DNA from: Anaerolineales bacterium
GTDB taxonomy: Bacteria; Chloroflexota; Anaerolineae; Anaerolineales; RBG-16-64-43
DNA length: 45,046 nucleotides
Direction: 5' to 3'
Assembly (NCBI GenBank): GCA_050014155.1
Contig: JBEKDW010000001.1
Coordinates: forward strand, 1 to 45,046
Shown here: positions 9,578 to 18,318 of the stretch, one piece after another
How positions within the stretch are numbered: the first letter of the stretch is position 1
How the letters are laid out: each line of letters starts with the position of its first letter
The notes under the pieces: model-generated
Databases searched by the model: none
The model's input: the letters and a program-made list of their open reading frames with translations, nothing else
What the model was told of the DNA's origin: nothing
Translations under genes and position numbers: made by a program

Positions 9578-10564
9578 ATGCCCTGGGAGCTTATCGGACA
9601 CGAGGCAGCGGTGGATCTCCTGCGGCGGGATCTCACCGCCGGGCGGTTGGCGCATGCCTACCTTTTCACCGGCGCCGACGGGATCGGCAAACGGACCTTG
9701 GCTGTGCAATTCGCCCGGGCCGTTAATTGCGAGGCCCCGCCCGCTCCCGGAGACTCCTGCGGACAATGCAGGGCATGCCGGCTGATCGGCTCGGGGAAAC
9801 ATCCGGATGTTTTCCATTTGCAGCCGGAGGGACCCGGGGCCCGGATCCCGATCGATTCCACCCGCGAACTGATCCAAGCCTTGATCCTCAAACCGATCGA
9901 AGCCCGCCGGCGGATCGCGCTGCTGACGGATTTCCACCGGGCGCTCCCCAATGCTGCGAGCGCATTGCTCAAGACGATCGAGGAACCTCCGCCATCGGCC
10001 CTGCTCCTGATAACCGCGGAAAGTGCCGATGAGCTATTGCCGACGATCGTCTCGCGCTGCCGGGTGGTGCCGCTGCGGCCGCTCCCAGAGAAGGAAGTGG
10101 CGCAGGCGCTGCAGGAGCGGTGGAAGCTGGCTCCCGCGCGCGCGGAACTTCTGGCGCGCCTCTCCGGGGGCCGGCTGGGTTGGGCCGTCCTCCAGGCGCA
10201 GCTCGAGGATTGGGGCGCCGATCGGGAAGCGCTTTTCCAGCAGTGGTCTCAAATTCTGAAGGGGAACCGCATCGCGCGGTTTGCGCTGGCTCAAAAAACG
10301 AGCGTGGACCGCGATGAACTGCGAGCCACGCTCCAAATATGGCAATCCTTCGCCCACGATCTGTTGCTGCGCACGCTGTCGGGCGACGCCGAGCTTACCA
10401 ACATCGATTTCCAGGCCCCCCTGGAAAAAATGGCGGAACGCACTTCCCCGGAGCGGGCGCGGCGCTGGCTCTCGGCCTTGCGCCGGGCGGAGGAGCAGAT
10501 CGACCGGAATGCCAATGTGCGGCTGGCGCTGGAAGCCGCGTTCCTCGACGCGCCGGTCCTCTAA
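9578..10564 (+). CDS. holB: DNA polymerase III subunit delta-prime
   Basis: HAYLFTGADGIGKRTLA (degenerate P-loop), the zinc module C-x8-CGQCRAC, LLKTIEEPP and the SRC motif (TIVSRC). The start MPWELIGHE is chosen over the 49-codon upstream extension. Confidence 0.8.
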   Translation: MPWELIGHEAAVDLLRRDLTAGRLAHAYLFTGADGIGKRTLAVQFARAVNCEAPPAPGDSCGQCRACRLIGSGKHPDVFHLQPEGPGARIPIDSTRELIQALILKPIEARRRIALLTDFHRALPNAASALLKTIEEPPPSALLLITAESADELLPTIVSRCRVVPLRPLPEKEVAQALQERWKLAPARAELLARLSGGRLGWAVLQAQLEDWGADREALFQQWSQILKGNRIARFALAQKTSVDRDELRATLQIWQSFAHDLLLRTLSGDAELTNIDFQAPLEKMAERTSPERARRWLSALRRAEEQIDRNANVRLALEAAFLDAPVL

Positions 10565-10761
10565 CGGAGTTCCACAACCAGACGCAGAGCGGTACGTTCC
10601 TTCCCGTCGATATCCACTTGCACAAACGAAGGGATGCAAACCACATCCAGGCCGTCCTGCGCGAGGTACGTGCGGGCGATGGCGCACGCCTTCACAGCCT
10701 GATTCACCGCGCCGGCCACCGCGCTGGTCCTCGATTCGGCGGAAACCTTGATGACATCCAT
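10561..10761 (-). CDS. spoVS: SpoVS-like protein, unusually short (66 aa)
   Basis: MDVIKVSAESRTSAVAGA...NQAVKACAIAR...DVVCIPSF..VDIDGKERTALRLVVE aligns with my recollection of Bacillus SpoVS, apart from a gap of about 20 residues after VAGA. GGAGG RBS upstream. Confidence 0.65.
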   Translation of the reverse strand: MDVIKVSAESRTSAVAGAVNQAVKACAIARTYLAQDGLDVVCIPSFVQVDIDGKERTALRLVVELR

Positions 10762-10898
10762 AGGATGTTGCCTCCGGGGTCTTGCATCCGGTGCTGTCCG
10801 CGTCTGCTTCGATTGTAATTGTATAGGAGGGGATCGGGCGGCGCAACCATGCTATACTGCCCGTATTCCGCGTATTTTCTTCCGGAGGGGCAGTCAAC

Positions 10899-11774
10899 AT
10901 GAATAAAAAAGTTATGATCCTTGGGTTGGGTCTGGCATTCACGGTCGGGTGCCTGGGCGCAACGCCCAGTTCATCCGATACGGTTGGTACAGAAGTGGCC
11001 AAGCAATTGACCTCCATGGCCGCCCTCACCCAAACCAAGTTGCATAATCCCACAACCGCGCAGGAGAACGGCAACACTCCCGAGGGTCAATTGCCGAGCG
11101 TCACCTCGACCGGCACCCTTCTGCCCTCGCCGACACCGACCGTTTCACCCACCCGCACGCCGACGCTCACCAATACGCCCCCGGCGGACGATCCCCGGCT
11201 GAGCCTGGGGACGCCCGATTACCTCACCGATTTCCCCGACGCCACCAATTGGTATTTATACGAGGGCGATAACGTTAAATTCGACGTGGTCGACCACAAA
11301 TTCGTCATGACCGCCAAGCAGGCAAATTCCACCGACTGGTATACGCTCGCCCCCCCGAAATTAACCGACTACTATCTGGAGATGACCGCCACGCCGGATA
11401 CCTGTTCGGGCCGTGACCGCTACGGCCTGGTGGTGGGCGTGCCCTACCCCGCCAACAATCCGTCCTATCTTCTGCGCTTCTCCTGCGACGGATATTATTC
11501 CTTCGGATTTTTAAATAGCGACCTGGACGACCATTTCCACTTTCTTTCCGAATGGGTCAAGAGCAATTACATCTATTCGGGATCCAACCAGACCAACCGA
11601 ATGGGGTTCAAGGCCGAAGGCACCAACCTTAAGCTCTACGCCAACGGCCACTATCTGACGGGGCTGACGGTGCCGGCGTTCGGCGAAGGCCGGTTCGGGT
11701 TGGCCGTTGGTTCCGTTAGCACCGTAAACTTTGTCGTTCGCGTGAGCGAAGTGGCTTACTGGAAAATGCCGTGA
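10899..11774 (+). CDS. Lipoprotein with Pro/Thr linker and jelly-roll lectin-like (LamG/DUF1080-like) domain
   Basis: Signal peptide with lipobox (LAFTVGC), a PT-rich linker, and a C-terminal beta-rich domain of about 190 aa. It is a paralog of 11771-12640 and 43977-44606. Confidence 0.6.
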   Translation: MNKKVMILGLGLAFTVGCLGATPSSSDTVGTEVAKQLTSMAALTQTKLHNPTTAQENGNTPEGQLPSVTSTGTLLPSPTPTVSPTRTPTLTNTPPADDPRLSLGTPDYLTDFPDATNWYLYEGDNVKFDVVDHKFVMTAKQANSTDWYTLAPPKLTDYYLEMTATPDTCSGRDRYGLVVGVPYPANNPSYLLRFSCDGYYSFGFLNSDLDDHFHFLSEWVKSNYIYSGSNQTNRMGFKAEGTNLKLYANGHYLTGLTVPAFGEGRFGLAVGSVSTVNFVVRVSEVAYWKMP

Positions 11775-12640
11775 GATTTCCCCGCTCCATCTTCCAGCCC
11801 CCGGCCCGAACCGCGGGACGGGCCGATCGCGGGGGGCGGGATGGACTGCGTGCGGTGGTCGGAATTACCTCGATTGTCATTCTGGCCGGAGGGTTTCTTT
11901 CCGGATGCCGGATCGAACCGCTCGTTCCCACCGCGGAACTTTCCCCGACGATTACCCCCACGGCCGAGCAGCCGCTGGCTTCGCTCCTGCCGACCTTGGA
12001 TGAAGTCACCCCCGAGACGCCCGCCCCAACCGCCACCCTGACGCCGATGATCACCCGTCCGGCGGCAGCGGTCGCGAGGATTTTCTACGATGCGCTGGAC
12101 GACAACTCGTCCGGATGGACGCTGCGCAAGACTGAAGTTGGATCCGCCGCCTTCGCCAACGGGTGGTTGGTGTTTACGGTCAGCGCACCCTACACCTCGC
12201 TGAGTTCCACCCTGCCCAATGATTTTCCGTCCGACATTTATATCGAGGTTACGGCGCAAACGATCCTGTGCGGCGCGGGAGTCGATACGTTCGGGATGAT
12301 CTTCCGGAACCAGGGCGATCACAGTTACCGGTTTGCCGTCACCTGCCGCGGGCGGTTGCGCATGGAACGCTATGCGGGCAACACCCTGGAAGGGGCGAGC
12401 GCCTGGCAGGACACCCTCGGCTTACTGCAGGGCGCACCCGCGACGAATCAGCTCAGCGTGCTCCTGCAGGGAACCAATTTCCGCTTCTTCGTCAACGGCG
12501 CCGAGGTGTTTTCCACCCACGACCCGGTCAGCGCGTCGGGAGGCGTGGGATTGTTTGTAGAATCCGAAAAGAGCCAAATGCTCTCGGTGGGATTTGACAA
12601 TCTGGCGGTCTATAGCGTGGCTTCCTCCCCGGGATCGTAA
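11771..12640 (+). CDS. Lipoprotein with Pro/Thr linker and jelly-roll lectin-like domain (paralog)
   Basis: GTG start overlaps the upstream stop (GTGA). Lipobox FLSGC and a PT linker. The domain has the pattern DDNSSGW...F..D.Y.EV......G.D.FG..FR.....Y.F.....G......NG..V......SGGVGLF......V.FDN shared with the paralogs. Confidence 0.6.
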   Translation: MRFPRSIFQPPARTAGRADRGGRDGLRAVVGITSIVILAGGFLSGCRIEPLVPTAELSPTITPTAEQPLASLLPTLDEVTPETPAPTATLTPMITRPAAAVARIFYDALDDNSSGWTLRKTEVGSAAFANGWLVFTVSAPYTSLSSTLPNDFPSDIYIEVTAQTILCGAGVDTFGMIFRNQGDHSYRFAVTCRGRLRMERYAGNTLEGASAWQDTLGLLQGAPATNQLSVLLQGTNFRFFVNGAEVFSTHDPVSASGGVGLFVESEKSQMLSVGFDNLAVYSVASSPGS

Positions 12641-12734
12641 CGAATACATTTTCCTTTCGCAGATTACTCCCGCTGCGGCGATTCGGGTGCCGGGCCGGGG
12701 GGAATGCCGGATAACTCCGTGCCGATCGGGGGTC

Positions 12735-12784
12735 TTGACAAAACCGCCCAAGGAAATATATTACCAATAACTTTGCATTGCAAA
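12735..12784 (+). promoter_or_regulatory. Sigma-70-like promoter (TTGACA, 16-nt spacer, TATATT) followed by a perfect palindrome TTTGCA-T-TGCAAA (candidate operator)
   Basis: -35 at 12735-12740, -10 at 12757-12762, and the 13-bp palindrome at 12772-12784. It lies 24 nt upstream of the first gene of a membrane/HTH/ABC operon. Confidence 0.5.
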
Positions 12785-12807
12785 CTTATTTGTAATCGGA
12801 AAATTCC

Positions 12808-13431
12808 ATGGCCGACTTGAGGAAAATCCGGTTTATCATGGTGAACTATTCCCGGATGCAGGGATTAAAGGCCGTTCCTCCCGGATTGCTGCTCTTTCTG
12901 GTTTATGTGTGGGCCAACGCCCAGACGGGCCGGGCGAGAGATTTATCGTTACCGATCGTATATTTATTTGCAGGGACCATCCTGTACGTGTTGATCGATT
13001 GGTACTACCGCACGACGTACGGCCGGGTGGAACAAACGGCCCGTTCCTTGTGGACGGACGTGATTCTCTCCACGGTGTTTTCCGTCCTGGTACTCGGCGT
13101 GTTTTGGTTGGACGTGTCTTTGAAAATCCCGGTTTCCATCTTTGCGCTGGTCTTCGCGTTGGGGTTGCTGTTGGATTATCTTCGAATGGTTCACTTGGCT
13201 GGCGGCCAATCGCTGTCCGTGTTTCCCGCTGCATTGTTCTGTACCGGATTGATCGCCCTCTCGGCGTTCCTCCCGCTGGCGGGAAAGCCGGCCCTGGAAT
13301 TTATCGGCTTCCGTTCCCCGATATTTCTGGTGTATGCGGTGGACGGGATTCTGGTCGTGCTGTTTGGATTGGCGGGACACCTCTTTCTGGTTCGATCGAT
13401 GCCGCCCGCCGGCGAGGTGGCGCATGGATAG
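12808..13431 (+). CDS. Polytopic membrane protein (5-6 TM), unknown function
   Basis: Continuous hydrophobic segments. Its stop overlaps the start of the downstream regulator by 8 nt. Confidence 0.55.
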   Translation: MADLRKIRFIMVNYSRMQGLKAVPPGLLLFLVYVWANAQTGRARDLSLPIVYLFAGTILYVLIDWYYRTTYGRVEQTARSLWTDVILSTVFSVLVLGVFWLDVSLKIPVSIFALVFALGLLLDYLRMVHLAGGQSLSVFPAALFCTGLIALSAFLPLAGKPALEFIGFRSPIFLVYAVDGILVVLFGLAGHLFLVRSMPPAGEVAHG

Positions 13432-13747
13432 TCCGTTTGAGGAACTGGCCGGTCTGGATCGGATCATTCATGAACCTACGCGGCTGTCCATTTTAACCGC
13501 CCTGGCTTCCTGCAAGGCCGCCGACTTCATCTTTCTGCAGCGATTGATCGGACTGAGCGGCGGCAATCTATCCAGCCACATCGCCAAGCTGGAGGAGGCG
13601 GAGCTGGTGCGGGTGGAAAAACACTTCGTCGAGAAACGGCCCAACACCCGGATTGAGATAACCGACCAGAGCCGGAAGGCCGTACGCGAACACTGGAAGA
13701 AGCTGGACCAGTTGGGGGAAAAAGCCAGGGGGTGGAAGAAGGAGTAG
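13424..13747 (+). CDS. Winged-helix transcriptional regulator (HTH_34 / ArsR-like)
   Basis: IHEPTRLSILTALA...DFIFLQRLIGLSGGNLSSHIAKLEEAELV matches the winged-helix pattern. The start MDSPFEEL is chosen; the listed 30-codon extension lies inside the upstream gene. Confidence 0.7.
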   Translation: MDSPFEELAGLDRIIHEPTRLSILTALASCKAADFIFLQRLIGLSGGNLSSHIAKLEEAELVRVEKHFVEKRPNTRIEITDQSRKAVREHWKKLDQLGEKARGWKKE

Positions 13748-13785
13748 CCGCCTCCGAGGCGGATAGTCTTTTCCGAGGGATCTTA

Positions 13786-14634
13786 ATGAACACGATCGAA
13801 ACGAATTCCCTGAATCGTTCCTTCAACGGGCGCGAAGCCGTCCGCGGAATTTCCTTCGCCGTTGAGGAGGGCGAGATCTTCGGATTGCTCGGGCCCAACG
13901 GGGTCGGAAAGACCACCACCATCCGCATGCTCACCGGCCAATTGCGTCCGACCTCCGGGGAAGCCCGCGTGGCGGGGTACGATGTGGTCCGCCAGCGGCA
14001 GGCGCTCAAATCGCAAATCGGTGTGGTATTCGAATATCAGAATTTGTACGAACGGATGACGGGCAGGGACAACCTGCTCCTGGCCGCCCGGCTCTTTGGA
14101 TGCGATACCCGCAGGGTGGCGGAAATGCTGGAGAAGGTGGGATTGCAGGAGCGGGCGGGCGAACCCATCCGAAGTTATTCCAATGGGATGAAGCAGCGTC
14201 TGCTCATCGCCCGGGCGCTGATCCACGATCCGCGGATCCTTTTTCTGGACGAACCGACCAAAGGGCTGGATCCCGCCGCGTCGCGCCAGATCCGGAGCCG
14301 GGTGAAGGATCTGGCGCGACGGGGAGTGACGGTCCTGCTCACGACGCATTATATGGAAGAGGCCGACCAGCTTTGCCAGCGCGTGGCTTTCCTTTGCGAC
14401 GGCCGGATTGTGGCGTTGGATACGTCGCAGAATTTGAAGGTGGCCCACGGTCAGCGACTGGTACGCGCGGTATTCCGGGATGGCGGCGAACGGACCGTGC
14501 GGCTGGATGATCCGGCCGACGGGCGGCAGCTTGGCGAATGGGCCGCCCAGGGCGAGATTGTCACCCTGCATTCCGCGGAAGCCACGCTGGAGGAAATCTT
14601 CATCCAGCTTACCGGGAAAGGATTGGCGGAATGA
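13786..14634 (+). CDS. ABC transporter ATP-binding protein (ABC-2 type)
   Basis: Walker A GPNGVGKTT, signature YSNGMKQRL, Walker B ILFLDEPTKGLD and H-loop TTHYM. Confidence 0.85.
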   Translation: MNTIETNSLNRSFNGREAVRGISFAVEEGEIFGLLGPNGVGKTTTIRMLTGQLRPTSGEARVAGYDVVRQRQALKSQIGVVFEYQNLYERMTGRDNLLLAARLFGCDTRRVAEMLEKVGLQERAGEPIRSYSNGMKQRLLIARALIHDPRILFLDEPTKGLDPAASRQIRSRVKDLARRGVTVLLTTHYMEEADQLCQRVAFLCDGRIVALDTSQNLKVAHGQRLVRAVFRDGGERTVRLDDPADGRQLGEWAAQGEIVTLHSAEATLEEIFIQLTGKGLAE

Positions 14635-15713
14635 ACGGGCGGATTATTTTGGCCATCGCGCAAAAGGATATCCGCGACGCCATAAAAAATCGGTATCTGC
14701 TGGTCGGATTGATTTTGCCGGTCGGAATGTCCCTGCTCTTCCGCGTCCTGTTCAGCGGCGCATCGGACGTGGCCACTCCCACAGTGGCGGTTTACGACCC
14801 GGCCGGATCGCGCTTCACAGCGCAATTGCAGGCGCTGCCGCAAATTAACTTATTGAAAGTGGATTCCATGACGCAACTGGAGGCGCAGGTGCGAAATGCG
14901 GGAATGGCGGTCGGAGGAATCGCGATCCCCCCGAATTTAGACCAAGATATTGCTTCCGGCACCCAGCCGGAAATAACCGTCTATCTGAACATGCAAAAAA
15001 ATGCAACGCAACTCGCGGCCCTTCGCCAGCTGGTCTCGGATCAGGTGTGGGCGCTCAATCCGGCGGCCGAGCCGGCCAGGATCCACTGGTCGGATGTTGC
15101 CCCCCCACAGGGCTCATCGGCCAGCACGGCCTTTCGGATCGAACTCTATTTGCTGGTTTTATTTCTGGTGATGTCGCTGACGATGACCGGCGCCTTCGTG
15201 GTGCCGCTACTGCTCGTGGAGGAAAAGGATAAGCACACGATGGAGTTCCTGCTCGTCTCCCCTGCAACCCCGGCGGAGGTGGTGGCTGGAAAGGCGATCA
15301 CCGGATTGGTCTACAGCGCCATCGGGGCAGGCACGATGCTCGCTCTCAACCACGGTTGGGCGGGTAATTGGCCTGTGACGTTTCTGACCGTGTTGTTGGG
15401 TGCGCTGTTCATGGTGGCCGTTGGGTTATTGATGGGGAGCGTGTTCCAGACCATGATGCAGGTCAACACCTGGTCGAGCATCATTATGCTGATCATTTTG
15501 GCGCCCACCTGGTTTACGGTGTTCCAACTGCCACCCATCCTCAATACGATCGTCCGGCTGATCCCGACCTACTACTTGGCGGATCTCCTCAACCTGTCGC
15601 TGAGCAACATGGTCACGCTGTCCACCGGCGCGACGGATTTTGGTGTCCTTTTAGCGAGTCTGATCTTGATCTTCGGGCTTGTGATCTGGATTCTGCGGCG
15701 GCAGGAAACGTAA
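14631..15713 (+). CDS. ABC-2 family transporter permease
   Basis: ATGA overlap with the ATPase stop. An N-terminal TM segment is followed by a large extracytoplasmic loop and then 5 C-terminal TM segments, the typical ABC-2 architecture. Confidence 0.7.
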   Translation: MNGRIILAIAQKDIRDAIKNRYLLVGLILPVGMSLLFRVLFSGASDVATPTVAVYDPAGSRFTAQLQALPQINLLKVDSMTQLEAQVRNAGMAVGGIAIPPNLDQDIASGTQPEITVYLNMQKNATQLAALRQLVSDQVWALNPAAEPARIHWSDVAPPQGSSASTAFRIELYLLVLFLVMSLTMTGAFVVPLLLVEEKDKHTMEFLLVSPATPAEVVAGKAITGLVYSAIGAGTMLALNHGWAGNWPVTFLTVLLGALFMVAVGLLMGSVFQTMMQVNTWSSIIMLIILAPTWFTVFQLPPILNTIVRLIPTYYLADLLNLSLSNMVTLSTGATDFGVLLASLILIFGLVIWILRRQET

Positions 15714-15726
15714 CGGTCGGGCTTTG

Positions 15727-16665
15727 CTATTTTCCGCGTGCTTGGTTTTTTGGGGTCAACGCCCTGGCTTGTTCGTCCGCCCGGTAGGAAGACCGCACCA
15801 AGGGGGCGGATTCGACCCAGCGGAATCCCATCTCCTCCAGACCGATGCGCTTGAGCTCGGCGAATTCCTCCGGAGGATAATAGCGTTCCACCGGAAGATG
15901 CCGGCGCGAGGGTTGAAGGTACTGGCCGATCGTTAAAATATCCACGCTCCACCGGCGGAGGTCGCGCATGACTTCCGTCGTTTCGTCAAACGTCTCCCCC
16001 AGCCCGACCATAATTCCGGATTTGGTGATCTGATCCGGGTTTAATTGTTTTGCGCCCTGCAAGGTCGCCTGCGCCCATTCGTACCGGTCCTGCGGCTGGA
16101 CCTTCCGAAACAGACGCGGCACCGTTTCCACATTGTGATTGAGAATATCCGGGCGGGCTTCCGCAACGATGCGCAGGGCATCCTGTCTCCCCTTGAAATC
16201 CGGGATGAGCACTTCCACCGTGCAGCCGGGTACCCGCTCGCGGATGCGTTGAATGCTCGCGGCGAAAACGGAAGCCCCGCCGTCGGCTAAATCGTCCCGA
16301 TTGACCGAGGTGATCACCACGTGATGCAGCCGCATCCGTTGCACGGCCTGGGCGACGCGATCGGGTTCGCCGGGAGAGAGCGGCTCCGGGCGCCCGTGCT
16401 TGATGTCGCAGAATCCGCAGGCACGGGTGCACACGTCCCCCAGCAGCAGGAAGGTGGCGGTGCCGCGGCTCCAGCATTCGCCCAGATTGGGGCACATCGC
16501 CTCCTCGCACACAGTATGCAGCCCTTCGCCGCGCATCAGCTCGCGCACCGCGTTCACCGACTCGCCGGAGGGCTTCCCTAGGCGAATCCAATCCGGCCGC
16601 CGCTGGGGGCGGGGCGGTTCGTTTCCTTCCGGGATGCGCATCCGGTCGCGGACGGGTTCGGACAT
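15727..16665 (-). CDS. lipA: Lipoyl synthase
   Basis: [13 protein letters not shown] auxiliary cluster motif and the CTRACGFC radical-SAM motif, with a conserved C-terminal region. The start MSEPVRDR is chosen (19 codons shorter than the listed ORF). Confidence 0.9.
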   Translation of the reverse strand: MSEPVRDRMRIPEGNEPPRPQRRPDWIRLGKPSGESVNAVRELMRGEGLHTVCEEAMCPNLGECWSRGTATFLLLGDVCTRACGFCDIKHGRPEPLSPGEPDRVAQAVQRMRLHHVVITSVNRDDLADGGASVFAASIQRIRERVPGCTVEVLIPDFKGRQDALRIVAEARPDILNHNVETVPRLFRKVQPQDRYEWAQATLQGAKQLNPDQITKSGIMVGLGETFDETTEVMRDLRRWSVDILTIGQYLQPSRRHLPVERYYPPEEFAELKRIGLEEMGFRWVESAPLVRSSYRADEQARALTPKNQARGK

Positions 16666-16775
16666 TTCGGTTCGTTCCTCGCGGCGGCAGTGTAATGCGC
16701 TTTTGATCGGAAGACAATCCACTGGGTTGGAATGGTCCCCGTCCGACCGCGCCTCCGCGGAATTTAAATTTTAGT

Positions 16776-16781
16776 TACAAT
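16776..16781 (+). promoter_or_regulatory. TACAAT -10 box 6 nt upstream of the GNAT ATG (leaderless candidate)
   Basis: The sequence is TTAGTTACAATGCTGGAATG, with no RBS. Confidence 0.35.
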
Positions 16782-16787
16782 GCTGGA

Positions 16788-17462
16788 ATGGCCGGACAAA
16801 TCCACCCCGCTCTCTCCCTGCGTCCGGCTGCACCGGATGACGCCGATCGGGCCGCCGAATTGATTTACGAAACCATGGGGACGCTCGGCGATTATCTCTT
16901 CGGGCAGTCCAACCGGGAGGACGTCCTCCGCGTTCTTGCGGTTCTTTTTGAAAAAAAAGGACACCTGCTTTCGTTTCAATTTGCGACACTGGCGGAAGCA
17001 GAAGGAGAAATTGTCGGCATAGCGCAGGCGCTTCCCGGGGCGGATTTGTGGAAAGCCGCTATCGGGTTGGTACGGGCTTGCGCAGAAGGTCTTGGATTTG
17101 GAGCCGCAATCCGCCTGGCGTGGAGGGGCTTACCCCTGGCACTGGAGCCGGATGCCGAAGCGGGAGAATTCTACGTCGAGACGTTGGCAGTAGCGTCTTC
17201 CCGTCGCAATCGCGGAATCGGGCGCGTGCTTTTGGAAAACGCCGGACGGCGGGCGAGAGACCTGGGTTTTCCAATCTGTTCACTTTCCGTGATGCTGCAG
17301 AACGAACACGCGCTTCGATTTTATCAACGGGAAGGGTACCGGATAGATCGGAAAGTGACCACCCGCTTGCGGGTCGCGGGCGTACAGTACAATGGATTTT
17401 ACCGGATGGTCAAACGGCTGGACGTTCTCCCGGCCGGTGAAAAAGGCGAGCCGCACGGATGA
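16788..17462 (+). CDS. GNAT family N-acetyltransferase
   Basis: The acetyl-CoA binding segment RRNRGIGRVLLENA (Q/R-x-x-G-x-G/A) and the overall size fit GNAT. Confidence 0.7.
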   Translation: MAGQIHPALSLRPAAPDDADRAAELIYETMGTLGDYLFGQSNREDVLRVLAVLFEKKGHLLSFQFATLAEAEGEIVGIAQALPGADLWKAAIGLVRACAEGLGFGAAIRLAWRGLPLALEPDAEAGEFYVETLAVASSRRNRGIGRVLLENAGRRARDLGFPICSLSVMLQNEHALRFYQREGYRIDRKVTTRLRVAGVQYNGFYRMVKRLDVLPAGEKGEPHG

Positions 17463-18232
17463 CGCACATTCTGGTCACCAACGACGATGGCATCAACGCT
17501 CGGGGATTGATCGCACTCGTTCAGGCGCTGCGGAGCCTTGGAAAAGTGACGGTATGCGTTCCGGAACGCAACTGGTCGGCCGGCGGCCACGTAAAAACCC
17601 TGCACAAGCCGCTGCGAGCCTGGGATTCCCGCCTTGCGGACGAAACGGCGGTTATCGTTTCCAACGGCGCGCCCTCCGATTGCGTGGCGCTCGCGATGCT
17701 CGGGCTGGTGCCGGGAGCCATCGATCTGGTCGTTTCCGGGATCAATGCCGGCGCCAACCTGGGCTACGACCTGACGTATTCGGGAACCGTCACGGCGGCG
17801 ATGGAAGCGGTGATCAGCGGTGCGCCTGCGATCTCGATTTCGCTTTGCGTACCGGAGCCGGAGCAGGACTGCGATTATGGGGCGGCGGCGCGGTTCGCTC
17901 TGCGCGCGTCCCGGAATTTGCTTAACAGGAAAATCCCGAAAGGGATATTGCTCAATATCAACGTTCCCTGCCTGCCCGAGGAAAAAATCCTTGGGGTCCG
18001 CATCACCCGGCAGGGATTGCGGGTGTATCGCGACGAACTGGTGGCCCGGAAAGATCCGCGCGGCAAGCCGTATTATTGGATCGGGGGCGGACCGCCGACG
18101 GGTATTCCCGAGGAAGACTCCGATTTCTGGGCGGTCTCCGAGGGATTCATCTCGGTGACGCCGGTGCAATTGGATCTGACGGCATATTCCGCGATCGAAG
18201 GGCTGCGGGCGTGGGAGTGGAGCGGGGGTTAA
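17459..18232 (+). CDS. surE: 5-prime/3-prime-nucleotidase SurE
   Basis: ILVTNDDGI N-terminal motif, GINAGANLG and YSGTVTAAMEA. ATGA overlap with the GNAT stop. Confidence 0.9.
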   Translation: MTHILVTNDDGINARGLIALVQALRSLGKVTVCVPERNWSAGGHVKTLHKPLRAWDSRLADETAVIVSNGAPSDCVALAMLGLVPGAIDLVVSGINAGANLGYDLTYSGTVTAAMEAVISGAPAISISLCVPEPEQDCDYGAAARFALRASRNLLNRKIPKGILLNINVPCLPEEKILGVRITRQGLRVYRDELVARKDPRGKPYYWIGGGPPTGIPEEDSDFWAVSEGFISVTPVQLDLTAYSAIEGLRAWEWSGG

Positions 18233-18318
18233 TCGCCGGGCAGCGCATTCAAAAATTAGGATTGGCGGAAAGAGCCGGCCGCCGGCGAAAAGATTAATCC
18301 GGAAAGCATAAGGAGGAA

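Noticed and set aside
10034-11077. 347-aa ORF on the minus strand
   Set aside because: It is antisense to holB, spans the spoVS-like gene and reaches into the lipoprotein gene. It has no motifs and an Arg/Pro-rich composition, so it is a shadow ORF.
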